From: Octopus sinensis
Lineage: Eukaryota
Direction of reading: 5' to 3'
Length of the DNA stretch: 64,000 nt
NCBI RefSeq assembly: GCF_006345805.1
Contig: NC_043014.1
Location: forward strand, 27,652,001-27,716,000
This document shows, one piece after another, positions 38,285-52,162 of this stretch. Position 1 is the stretch's first letter, and every line of letters starts with the position of its first letter. Both the position numbers and the translations under genes were made by a program. The notes beneath the pieces are model-generated. The model searched no databases, was not told where the DNA came from, and saw only the letters and a list, made by a program, of their open reading frames with translations.

Positions 38285-38830
38285 TTTTTCCTATGACACT
38301 CCCTGGACCCTAAGTAAGGCATGTGTAAAATTTGAATGAAATTGGTTGTGTAGTTCTCAAGTTTTAGGGAAACACAGACAGACAGACAGACACACATTCT
38401 CAGTTTTATATATATAAAGATATATATATCTCTATATATATATATATAAAACTAAGAATGCGTGTCTGTCTGTCTGTCTGTGTGTTTCCCTAAAACTTGA
38501 GAACTACTCAATCAATTTCATTCAAATTTTACACATGCCTTACTTGAACTTTTTGCCTAGGGCGAGCCCATAGCAATATCATATCTTCTCCACTACGATT
38601 CCCTAAAACTTGAGAACTACACAACCAATTCCATTCAAATTTTACTCATGCTTTACTTAGAGTCCATGTGGTTTCATGGGCAAAAAAACTGTTCAACTTC
38701 TTGCCTAGAGCAAGCCCATAGCAATATCATGCCTTCTCCACTATTTCAGTATTACGTGTTAAAAGTGAAACAAAAATGTTTCTCTATTTTATGTCAGATA
38801 TTTTCACTTGAACAATAAAAATAATAATAA
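38285..38830. mobile_element. Head-to-head pair of Helitron-like 5' ends; the plus copy has an internal ~115-bp duplication
   Basis: 38285-38418 (-) and 38431-38830 (+) both begin TC(T)..TATATATAAAACT(G/A)AGAATG. CCCTAAAACTTGAGAACTAC...GCCCATAGCAATATCAT occurs twice in the plus copy. Confidence 0.7.
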
Positions 38831-39509
38831 CAATTGAATTATATGTAGTAAGTAATAATTAAAATCAAACTAAAGTATAATATAATCGTAACATAACAAA
38901 AGTAAAAATAGCAATTGGTATAAAATTGCATCAATGACTTGAACTTGAATAAGTGGTTTCACATGAATGGGAATAAATTAAAAATAAAATTAGCGTGCAG
39001 AAATGGAATAGTCCAGATGAATCATAAAAAATTAAATTAAAGAAAAGACTAATGTCTATAAAGTATACAATGTAGAGAAAAAAGATTTGAACACCTGGAG
39101 GAAAGCACCATCGAAAAGTGTCTTGGTGCGACCACAATAGAAGCATGGTTCCAGTTAACGGAGCGTGCAAGCGAGTACTCGACTCGAACTTGCAAAGTGG
39201 AAATATTTTATTTTTACCTTTATATCTGGGACATAGGACGTACCGGATAAAAATTTAAAATGCTTCCCCCCCCCCCAGCAGTAGAGGTAGGCTGGATTGT
39301 AGCCGCACTTCTATACAAGAGGGAGGACAAGATACAATTGATCGAAATTGCAAGAGACGGGCTTACAATTCCAGTCTGTTATATATTTTGAGTATTGTTA
39401 TCACTAGCGATATCAAGATATAACTTTGTATTTTGTATTTTATGTGTAGATGTATATATATAGATGTACATGTAACATGTACACATATATATACACATAT
39501 ATACATGCA

Positions 39510-39548
39510 CTAGCACTATGACCGGGCAACGACGGGTCATAATGCTAG
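39510..39548 (+). mobile_element. Helitron-type 3' terminus (GC hairpin + CTAG|T)
   Basis: CTAGCACTATGACCGGGCAACGACGGGTCATAATGCTAG|T, similar to the end at 50044-50075. Confidence 0.6.
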
Positions 39549-39559
39549 TATATATATGT

Positions 39560-41210
<1,651 letters not shown>

Positions 41211-41299
41211 GGTCCAACCCATGCTAGCATAGAAAGCGGACATTAAGCAATGATGATATATATAATCACATATATATACAATGCAATACTAACTTCAGC

Positions 41300-41900
41300 A
41301 CTTCTGCTAGTTACCTAGTCACCTACCGATCTGGTAGACAGACTGGCCAAATTGACTACATCCTTGCCAGAAAAAGGGAAAATGGCTGCTTATAAATGCC
41401 AAAACCATCCCAGGTGAAAAAAAGTACCCCACAAAATAGGCTAGTAGTTAGCAACTTTAGGATCAGGGTTAAATGGATGACCAGAAGACAACCAGCATGG
41501 AGGAGATGGGTCTAGAAGCTTAAAGATCCTGTGAATGGACAGAGATTTAGTGACGTATTACTCAAAGCCTTTGACGAAATAGAGGGGGATATAGCATCAT
41601 GTGATATGGAAGACAACTGGAGGTTTCTACGGGACAACCTACTGAGGGCCACTGACCAGATCTGTGAATGGTGCAAAGTCCTCTCTCGACCCAAGGTAAC
41701 ATGGAGCTGGAACAATGTTGTTGACTGGGCCATTAGGGAAAAGAAACAAGCTTGGAAGGACTGGAAGAACAGTGGTAGCAAGGAATTGTATCAGACTGCC
41801 AGAACGGAAGCTAGGAGACAGATTTATTTAGCCAGAGGAAAAGCAGATAAGAAAAAATTTGCCAATGTTCTTTGCTGTGAGAACCAAAGACTTGAGGTGT
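41300..41900 (+). mobile_element. RTE LINE internal fragment
   Basis: QIDYILARKR..., NWRFLRDNLLRATDQICEWC...WSWNNVVDWAIREKKQAWKDWKN. Confidence 0.85.
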
Positions 41901-41955
41901 ATGTGTGTATATATATGTGTGTATATATACATATATATACACACACATATATATA

Positions 41956-42364
41956 GGCGTAGGAGTGGCTGTGTGGTAAGTAGCTTGCTAACCAACCACA
42001 TGGTTCCGGGTTCAGTCCCACTGCGTGGCATCTTGGGCAAGTGTCTTCTGCTATAGCCCCGGGCCGACCAATGCCTTGTGAGTGGATTTGGTAGACGGAA
42101 ACTGAAAGAAGCCTGTCGTATATATGTATATATATGTATATATGTGTATGTGTGTTTGTCCCGTAGCATTGCTTGACAACCGATGCTGGTGTGTTTACGT
42201 CCCCGTCACTTAGCGGTTCAGCAAAAGAGACCGATAGAATAAGTACTGGGCTTACAAAGAATAAGTCCCGGGGTCGATTTGCTCGACTAAAAAGGCGGTG
42301 CTCCAGCATGGCTGCAGTCAAATGACTGAAACAAGTAAAAGAGTAAAGAGTAAGAGTAAAAGAG
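41956..42364 (+). mobile_element. Young full-length tRNA-derived SINE
   Basis: A box TGGCTGTGTGGTAAG, B box GGTTCAGTCCC, internal (TA/TG)n, tail (AAGAGT)n. CpGs largely intact. Confidence 0.9.
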
Positions 42365-42939
42365 TATATATACAATCAAAATAAGCAACAAGGATATCCA
42401 AAGGTAATGCAGTATGATCATTTCGTGCAACTCCATTTAATTGAACAATGCAATCATTACATCAATTTAAAATGCAGAGCAATCTTCAGCTGCACAAAGA
42501 CAGAATTTAATTAAATTAGAACAGATGAACACATTAGTATAATTATACCTAAAATTTCCAAGAAGTTAAGGAGATAGACAAAGAACATGCTGTCTCACTC
42601 CAGTTTAGAAGTCACTGAATTTTCAAGAAGATATACATTGTTACAGACTCTGCCTGTCACTGATTTTTTGTTTTTATGGGGTCAGTTTTAATTTATAGAC
42701 TAGTTTATCAAATCCCTTGTATATCTAAGGCTGAAAGAACAGAGGGCAGTATCTGTTAGGGCTGAGGGAGCAGACATACATCATAGTTGGTATAGTCATA
42801 AAAATCAAGATTTATTAGAAGCAATATCATGAGGTTTGGTAAAGGAAAACTTAAAGCAAGATGTTAGCTGATAATTAAGGGGGTCTCTCACTAGCAGACC
42901 ATTGATAATGAAACTTGGGAAGTCTTATGTGGTACTATA

Positions 42940-45900
42940 GTTAAATATTTTAAACAATGTTGCTATATTGTATACAGTTAAAGTTTAGGGTTATTCAACG
43001 ATTTATCAAGAAGAATATTATAACAAAAGGATAGAAATTTATGAATACTTTTGAGTATATACCAAACTTTACCACAGTAGAGGGAGGAAAAGAAATTATC
43101 CAGAAATAGTTTAATATTTATACATATTGTACACTTAAATACTAACTCATCAGATGGTATCGGATTGATTAATTAAAGGAGTATTGAGGTAAAGGAACAT
43201 GCTAATTATATATTAATAAAATTATAATCTAAGCAGTGAATATACCAGTATAGTTTTATACACGCTAAGTATGAATTTATAGATACACAAATTAGATTAA
43301 TTTTATATATAAATATAGAGATAAAGGCTAATTATAAAATAATAAAGAAATAAAATAAAATAATCAAGTAGGGCAGAACACTATAGAAAAAGAAATAAAA
43401 TGGCTTAATTACTAATACTATGGTAAAGTATATGTAGCTTATTAACACCAATAGAGAAGATTTTTAGGAAAAGTATAATAATTCAAAATATATTAGACTA
43501 AAAATTATATATTTACTTATTTAGCTAATATCAATAAAAGACTGATGTCTGGTATAGGCTAAAGGAATATTTAAGTAATGGAACAATCATATTTTACACT
43601 AATCTTTTTTTAAAACTAGGGGTTATATTATAGGTTTAAGAAGTTATTATTATTACTCCCTACATAATATACTTTCTTAGTGGTACTCTTTTAGAAGGGT
43701 TATTTATATAAAGGCCCATATAAATACTAAGATCAGGAGGGTAGAGCCATTTAAGAAAGAGATAAATCAAGTAATTTCTAAAGATCATTTCAAACAATAT
43801 TGTCTTATTGTATAAAGTTAAAATTTAAGGTAATGAAGAAGATTATTAAGAATAAAATTTTATCAAAAGGATAAAACTTCTTTGAATATATTGAGTATAT
43901 ACCAAATTTTTACCACAATAAAGGGAGGAAAAGAAAATTGCAAAGAAATAGTTAAATATTTATTTACTTATTACTTATCTAAATATTAACTTACGAGGGG
44001 CGTTCAATAAGTAATGCCTCTGACCCACTTGCAGTTGTTTGATCTAGCTGAAATTTTGCATGTGCAATTACCTATATCTCTATAGATTAAGTGGCAAATT
44101 ACAGCTCTGAACTAATTGTGGTTTCTGATTTACAGGTGTTTGAACTGAGTCAAGTGTGAAACAGAGCCTGTTGAGTGTCGAGCAGTGATGCGGTTTTTGT
44201 ATTTGAAAGGATGCACACCACGGGAGACTTTTGATGAAATAAAAGTAACTTATGGTGATGATGCCCCATCATATGACTTTGTAAAACGCTGGCATCGTGA
44301 ATTCAAACATGGTCGGAACTTTGTGGAAACAGCTCCCAGATCTGGTCGCCCCCTTCTGCCATTGATGAGGCATCTGTCCGTCAAGTTGAGGCTGCCATTT
44401 TGGAAGATCGACGCATAACTATTCGCCAAATAGCCCATGAGGTCAAGATTAGTACCGGGTCTGTAGAAACTATCATTCATGACCATTTGCATATGCAAAA
44501 GGTGTCTGCCAGATGGATTCCCAGGCTGCTCACACCTTTCCAGAAGCAAGAACGTGTCAATAGCGCAAGGATGAATTTGAAGATTTGCCAAGAAGATGAG
44601 TCAAAATTTTTCAAAAGACTGATTACACAGGATGAAACCTGGGTCCATCACTATGATCCAGAGACCAAAGCCCAGTCAATGCAGTGGAAGTACCGTGACT
44701 CACCTCCTCCAAAGAAGGCAAGAGTGCAGCCCTCCGCTGGCAAGGTCATGCTCACAGTCTTCTGGGACCAGGACGGAGTAGTGATGACAGATTTCTTGGC
44801 AAAGGGTGCCACAATTACAGGAGTCTATTATGCTTCACTTTTGAGGAAATTAAGAGAAGCTATCAAAATCAAGAGGTGGGGCAAGATCAGCAAAGGCATC
44901 CTCCTCCTGCAGGACAACGCTCCGGTCCACAACTAGCGTGTCGCCAGATCAGAAGCACAGGCGTGCGGCTATGAACTCATCCCCCATCTCCTGACCTGCA
45001 CCCTCTGATTTTCACCTCTTCCCAGCTATGAAGTTGTTTTTGAAAGGAAAGCGTTTCCCAGATGATGCAGCCTTGATTTCTGAAGTCACGTCGTGGTTGG
45101 AGGACCAAGCTGGGGTCTTCTACAAAAACGGTCTTCAGAGCTGCATCAAACGATGGGAGAAATGCGTAACTCTGGGTGGTTCCTATGTAGAAAAAGTCTA
45201 ATAACTGTGCCAAGTTTCGTTGCTCTACTGCTATGGGAAGTGGGTCAGGGGCATTACTTATTGAACGCCCCTCGTATTATATGGTTTCTATGGAGATTGA
45301 TCAATTGGATTTAACTGGTATTTAATAAGCAACTGAGGTTAAAGAACATGTCAACTATATACTGATTTAATTAAATTGAAATATTTTAAGTTGTCAAGAT
45401 ACTGGTATTACCTTATATAAGCTGAGTACGAATTAATAGGGTTACAAGATTAAGATTTATTTAAGGCTACTATAAAATAATAACAATAACGATAATAAAA
45501 TGATTAGTTAGGGTAGAGCATCATAGAAAAGGAATAAAAACAGCCTAATCACTAAAAACTATAATAAAATATCTATACCTCATTAACTTCAATAGCAAGT
45601 ATTTATAGAAAATGTATAATAATTTAAGTATTATGAGCTAAAAATTGTTAATTAACTTATTTAGCTTATTATAATCAGGACTTAAACCCGGTATTGGTTA
45701 AAAGAATAATTGTTGTTAAAAGGACATACTAATTTTAAATTAAGAGGTTTTAATATAGATTTCAAAAGTTGTGTTAATCCATAAATGATATTACAGTTTC
45801 TTAGGGGTACTTAATTAGAAGGGTTGTTTAAAGCCAATATAAATACCAAAATTAAGAGGACAGAACACTTTAAGAAAGGGATAAAAAACTTAGTTACTAA

Positions 45901-46320
45901 AACTATTTTAAACAATATGTCATTATTGTATAAAGTTAAAATTTAGGGTTATCAGGAAGATTTATCATTGAGATGAGAGAACAGAATTACTATAAATTAG
46001 TTAAATTATAATTTAGGCAGTTTCATTTAAGTTGTGAAGATACCCATATTGTTTTTTATAAGCTAAGTATGGATTTATAGGGGTACAAAAATTTAGGTTT
46101 GTCTAAAGGCAATTATAAAGTATTAAAATGACCGGGTGGGGTAGAAACACCATAGAAAAGGATATAAGATAGCTTAATCACTAAAATCATGATGAAGTAT
46201 ATATACAACTTAGTAACTTTAATAGAGAAGATTTATAGAAAATATGTAATAATTCAAGTATTTAAAACGACAACTTGTTTGTTTACTTAATTAGCTTGTG
46301 TTTATAATCACTGATACCCA
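42940..46320. repeat. Diverged ~840-bp tandem array (three units), second unit interrupted by a mariner
   Basis: Anchor AAACAAT..G..T.ATTGTATA.AGTTAAA.TTT at 42953, 43793 and 45911; GAGTATATACCAAA at 43053 and 43893; GGG.AGA.CA..ATAGAAAA at 43371, 45511 and 46139. Confidence 0.85.
43994..45274 (+). mobile_element. Young full-length mariner (DD34D, 1281 bp), transposase inactivated
   Basis: 37-bp TIRs with 1 mismatch (CGAGGGGCGTTCAATAAGTAATGCC(T/C)CTGACCCACTT) and TA on both sides. Motifs WIPRLL, TQDETW, QDNAP, SPDL(A)PSDF. One frameshift near 44355, a stop at 44934-44936 and a small deletion near 44985. Confidence 0.97.
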
Positions 46321-46534
46321 GTATCAACTAAAGGAATCTAAATATATATACATATATACATATATATACATACACACATATACATATATATAATTTATGA
46401 AATTGGTGATTTGTGTTGTTTGGTTCTTCACCATTAAATATTATGTTCATTGACAAAATACCATTATTATTATTTATAGGATTGTGAAATATGGCGCTGT
46501 ATAACAAAACCATTCGCACCAAAAGCATATATAT

Positions 46535-49500
46535 CTAGATCATTCCTCAGCATGCCCCAAGACAGTTTCCACACGTTTTCCCCACTCATCTTGGTCTTCC
46601 ATAATGGTTCTCAGCTCCTGTATCCCTTCCATACCAGTATCCTCCAGCAAGCTGTCGATATAGGTTGTCTTCCTCTTTCCTCTCCTGGTTCTTCCTTCTG
46701 TTGGTTGCCAGAGTACTAGCTTGTTAGCAATTTAATCAGTTTATCTGACACAGTGCCCATGTAACCTCATCTTTCAATGCTATATCTTCAATGTTACTTT
46801 TGGTAGTCCCTGGTATAAGTCAGCATTTGTTATATGACTTTTCCAGGAGACATTAAGTGCCATTTTAAGCATCTTTTTTATAACAACTGTCCGACTGCTT
46901 CTTCAACGCCATAAACAACCTCACTTTCAATTTCCTTGCTAACTTCGAACCCCATACCTTTCTCAATTTATGGCAAGCACTCCAGGCAAGAGCTTTTCTT
47001 GCTATGATGTCTTTTCCAGTACTTTGTGTCCTTGCACCAAGGTATTTGAAATTTTCAAATACCTTGAGCAACTTACTGTCTCTCACTTTCACTGATGCAG
47101 GCGTTTCATGGTTGGATACTTGCAACTCTGTTTTCCTACCTTCCCTGATTCCTGCTATAATCCGCTCAGCACCTCTTGTGCCTGATCTGTCCTCTCTGTT
47201 AGTAATGCCAGGTCATCAGTGTAGTCCAGATCAGTTACTGCTACTGCTTGATGCCATCTACTTCTTTGCCTATGCAGTTTGAATCCCAGTTCTTCTTCTT
47301 TGCCCTCGTACATTCAACACATTACATAGTCCAGAATGATGGCAAAGAGATAAGGTGCTAGCATGTTGTCTTGTAATACTCCAGCTTTGACTTCAAAGTA
47401 TTCCGTCTCTCTATCAGGAGTGATCACCTTCGCTATGGTGTTCTCATATAGCTTACTTATTGCTCTCAGAATTCTTGGTGAAATATATGCTTTAAGTATC
47501 TTCATTATCATCATTCCTCTACATTCCTCTCATTAAAGTCTACATAGATAATGACAGCCTTTCTATTACGGCTCTTTACTCCTCATATCAGTCTTCTAAG
47601 TGCGACAGTGTAAGATGTTGTTGACCGTCCTGATCTGAATCCATTTTGATTTGGTTGCAATTGTTTGTCTATCTTAGGTCATACTTGGTTAAGTATCATC
47701 TTGTTGACCATTTTTGCAACAATGGATGACAGACTTATCCCTCTGTAATTCTCAGTATCACTTAGGTCTCCAGTTTTGGGCAGCAGTAGCAAGGCTGTCT
47801 CAGACCATTGTTCTGGCTTCACATTGTCATTCAGTAGTTTGTTTGTAAATTCAAGGATGATGTCATCTAAATCACATCTTTTTAGTACTTCTGGCAGGAT
47901 GTTGTCAGAAACCAGTTTGTTTTCCCTCTTTCAGGTTACTTGTAGCTCTTTCTATTTCCTGTTTTGCTTTGTGAAGTCTCCATCCTCGATTTGCAAACCG
48001 TTGAGTATCTTTGCTAATTCTTCATTTTCTGTTTCACTGTCAACTTCTGGATCCTTCCCAAGTGAGTTGTAGAAATGGGTGTACCACTTCTTGATTCTCT
48101 CATCCTTTGATTTCCCTTTGATGATTTCATGTTTTGCAGCTTTGCAACCAGTGATGGAGTTAATCAGCATCCAGCTTTCTCCGTGCTTACTCTTTGCATC
48201 TGCATTTTCGACCTGGGAGATCATTTCATCCAGTTCCTCTTCTTGAATCTCTTGGTACACCTGTTTTAGACCCTCTTTCGTTCTTTGTAAAGTTTGTTTA
48301 GTATTGTTGTTGGCAGCGTTTTGGTAGTTGCTGAATGCCTTTTGTACTTCACTGCATGCTTTCTCTACCCTAGGATCATCAGCTAACTTTCTCCATTTCA
48401 TCCTCTCCTTTATTGGTATCAGTTTTGCTGCCACTTCTTCATTTGATTGCACAAACTTGCCATATTGCTCTGTAACAGTATCCCTGTTGTTGGATACTTC
48501 AGCAAATCTGTTGTATTTCGCGATGTAGACTAATCGTAGCATTTTTTTCTTGCAGGAGTTTTGCTTGTATTTAGACTAAGACGTAGTCTAGATGTCACTA
48601 AGCGATGGTCACTCCCTAAACTGCTAAAGTTGTTATATGCTTCTACATTGTGTATTGAATTCTTCCATTTCTTATTAATCAGTATGTAGTCAATTTGGGA
48701 CTTGCTACCATTCATGTCGGAGATAAATGTCCATTGTTTACCTTTCTTTTTCTTGAATAGAGTGTTAGTGATGTGAAGATGACATTCTGCCTCATGATCC
48801 AGGAGAAGCTGGCCATTCTTGTTGGTCTCCTTATGGAATGTGTAGTGGACTGCATCCTCATCCAAATGAGCATTAAAATCACCGCATTCTGTGGTAATAT
48901 AATGTTTTGGTATTTCATTGATGACACTTGTCAGTGTTTTGTAGTGCTCCTCTGCATCCTTGCTTCCTACAGTGGTTAATAACTACTGTGATGGGATGGG
49001 TTTCCATTGAACGTGGCTGTGACTATTCTGTCATTTACTGGTATTACTTAGGCCAATGCTTTCTCTGCCAAACCATTCATTACTAATCCTTCCCCTTCTG
49101 CTGCAGCACCATTAGTACTTCTCCATCCACTTGTTATTAGTGTACAGCCTTCAAGTTGTTCAATGAGAGTAGGGTCTTCTTCATGCACTATCTTGTGTTC
49201 ACCTACTCCAAGGATGTTTAGTTTCCATTTGTTAAAGTTGTGAGCCATCTCCAGATGTTTCTCTTTTTCCCTAAGTGTTCTTACATTGAGTGTTCCAATT
49301 TGCTGGTACTTTTTACTAATCATAAGTTCAATTCTTCTGTTCTTGCCATCAGCTACTTCTCTTCCAGTTGGATTTAAAGAAGTATCTTCATCTGTCATTA
49401 TGCAACTTGCTTGAACATCCAGAATGTCTGCGTCAAGGGCTCTAGCCCTGGTGCCATTAACATGTAGATTCATAGGGGTTTCGGTTGCACATAAAATAGG

Positions 49501-50035
49501 AGTCATAGTGCGCTGCCCCATGTGGTCCCGCAGTTTCCATCTAACTAGGAATATTAGGGTCTCATCCATTGTCTTTTATTCAAGATCCTCTGTATCACAT
49601 CCTGTTAGTTCAAAGCCATGAATCTGATCTGTTAGGTCCTGCTGATAACTAAATCCATGCCCTGCTGTCGACACTTTGGTTTATTGTCATTGAGGTTTAC
49701 TCCTCTAATAGTTAAGGTTTTGTCTGTTTCTTACCCATTGACTTGTCTGGCCTGGTAAGACTATCTGAAGATTTCTCTCCCTCCAGCTTGGCTCTCCAGG
49801 TCAATGGAGCACACAGGCACTTCACTGTATCAAGGTACTGGTTGAATTGGCCATTGACTACTCGGTAATTCTCCTGCCCTTTGACGGGTATTATTTTCCA
49901 TCCTGCAGGGTGTCCAACAATCATCCTCCTCACCAAGCAAGCTTGATAGGGTTGCAAGTTTAGTTGCTGACAACCCTGTCATGTGACAGGTTGTACTGGA
50001 TTACATGTTACCAGTAGTGCTAAAGAGTTGCCTGA
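46535..50035 (-). mobile_element. Full-length decayed RTE-clade LINE including its 5' UTR
   Basis: Endonuclease (IGTLNVRTL; NKNGQLLLD...WTFISDMNGSKSQIDYILI...GSDHRLV), linker 47952-48542, RT (NYRGISL; GVLQDNMLAPYLFAIILDY) and C-terminus (FKYLGA...ALAWSACHKLRKVW). About 450 bp of 5' UTR. Confidence 0.92.
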
Positions 50036-50043
50036 CATATATA

Positions 50044-51583
50044 CTAGCAGAGATACCCGGCGTTGCCCGTGTCACATGACATTGAAGAATTAAACATTTC
50101 TTTTATATTTTCTCTAATAAACTGGAATTCCCATGATTTGAATTTCATCAAAATTGCAGATGAGGGATTTTAATGAAGGTTCTTTCCCTCTTTACACACC
50201 CTAGCAAAAATTCTAATCATGATACATTTATCTCACACTACTCATCTTTACGCCCAGATTCCAAAATCCAAATTTTATGGAACCTATTCAAAGGTTTCTG
50301 CTCTTGAAAAATGGAGGTCATGGAGCTCTGAAATGTGGGAGTTAAGGCCCCTATAGGCGGGAGGGGTGTTTTAAGTCAACCAGAGAAGTTGAATTGAGAA
50401 TCTTTTTAACTTGGGTCTTATATGTAGTGTTCAAATTTCTTTGAAATCGGAAATATATGTATGTTATCTGGGTTTGTAAAAGAGAGCAAAGCTACAGGAA
50501 ACTAAAAGACGAATGATCACAATAATCAGTCTACTACCTTACCCTAGTCGTTATCACTCCCCAATGTAGGATTCCTCACCATACAGGTGACAGGCACAGC
50601 TGTAAGATGCATTATAGATCTATAGCAATTGGAAAGGCGTGGGGAAACAAAAGTGTCACCTCTGGAGTTTACCAATGATCACTATACTGATAGGTAACTG
50701 GACAGAATAAATTTGCAATCTATGAATCTCTTTGAATAACCAGTTACTTATCTTGGAAGGCCTTGAAATCAATGTTACCATCTGGGGACTATCTCTGACC
50801 CAGAGATAATAAAAAGACTCAAAGGAGATCTGCAGCCAAATAACTTTATTCAACACTTTGCAACTGAATCAGTGGAGGCAAAGATGCCTCTCCTTTACTT
50901 GATAATTTATGCACCACATTGCAGAAATCACAATCTAAGTATATTTCAAAGCAAAGTCTTACACTGTTGTACCACTGAATTACAAATAACGCTCATCTTT
51001 TATGCTTGGGTGACCCTACAGCTTCCAAGAGTACAACTGTATTCGTCTTGGCTTAGAAAAAAGGACTAAATTGTGGGTGTTAATTTGAAATTTTAGAATA
51101 TAACTTCCAAATTTCATAAAGATCAATTCAGTAATTTTGAGGTAGTTTTGGATCATAAAAAAAATGACTAAAATTTGGAGTTAAGGCCCCCATTAGGGGG
51201 TTTTAGAATCCTCATGAGAAGTGGAACTTTGGGAATACTTCTTGATGTGTGTCAATTACCTATGGTTGAAATTTCATCAACATCGGAAATTTATGAAATT
51301 TAATTGGGGTGGGGGTGGGGGTTCTGTCCTCTTTTTAAGCCACCTCAAATTCAAACCAAACATACTGCATTATACCTGCCCCTATGCATTGAATCTAAGT
51401 TCCAAATATCATAAGGATCCATTCATTAATTTTGGTCCATGAAATTGTATGAAACACACAGCATTACCTTTCTCCCTCGGCTTGGATTTTGTGTTCCAAA
51501 TGTCATTAGGATTGGTGCAGTAGTTTTCGAGTCTATAAGTAACACACGAACAAATATAAAGACATTGGGTTTTATATAATAGA
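50044..51583 (-). mobile_element. Complete non-autonomous Helitron (1540 bp)
   Basis: Reverse complement starts A|TCTATTATATAAAACCC and ends CACGGGCAACGCCGGGTATCTCTGCTAG|T: canonical 5' TC, 3' hairpin + CTAG, A|T target. Internal subrepeats GTTAAGGCCCC.ATAGG. Confidence 0.88.
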
Positions 51584-51634
51584 TATGAATATGCACATAT
51601 ACATACATGTATATGTGTGTGTGTGTGTATTATA

Positions 51635-51860
51635 TAATATTGATAGATGCAATTGAGTGGGCAAACAAAAATATGAGACACAGCCTTGAAGAATTTTTGT
51701 TGAATGAATCGACCCCAGAGCTTTTTTTTATTTTGATAAGCCTAGTGCTTATTCTATCAGTCTCTTTTTGTCAAACCAGTAAGTTATGGGGATGTAAATA
51801 AACTAACAGCAGTTGTCAAGCAGTGATGAGGGAGAAACAGACACAAAGACACGCATATAC
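51635..51860 (-). mobile_element. SINE 3' portion
   Basis: Matches 3920-4100 and 6960-7140, including the flank GATAGAT.CAA.TGAGTGGG.AAACAAAAATATGAGACAC. Confidence 0.75.
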
Positions 51861-51919
51861 ACTTACATATATACACATATATATATGTACATATATACAC
51901 TTACATATATACACCCACC

Positions 51920-51956
<37 letters not shown>

Positions 51957-52162
51957 TATACAAATAAGAAAATGGAGAAACAAATTCATCTCGTTCATCA
52001 ACTTATGGATATTACAATTTTACATTACTTATTAATTATACAAATGAGAACATCAAAAGCAGACAAAACATTATATAAATCAATAGATAATATAATAATA
52101 AAAATAATACAAATACATATTTTAAAAGTTATATTATAAATTATTGAAATTCATAAACTACT

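Noticed and set aside
41956-42030. tRNA genes at SINE heads (also 7260-7335, 8290-8375, 56085-56160)
   Set aside because: A/B boxes are present but there is no cloverleaf, and each continues into a SINE body.
42940-43990. Idea that the array is a ciliate-code (TAA/TAG=Gln) gene or a TPR-repeat gene (LNNVAILY, EKIFRKSI), prompted by the in-frame 840-bp period
   Set aside because: TGA stops remain in the frames I read, units 2 and 3 have frame-breaking indels, stop counts are near what the composition predicts, and there is no 34/42-aa periodicity.
50656-50856. PIF1 helicase remnant inside the Helitron (HRLQIYSVQLPISIVIIGKLQR versus RLQFPVxLAFAxTINKxQG)
   Set aside because: The similarity is too weak to call by eye. 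It needs a profile search.
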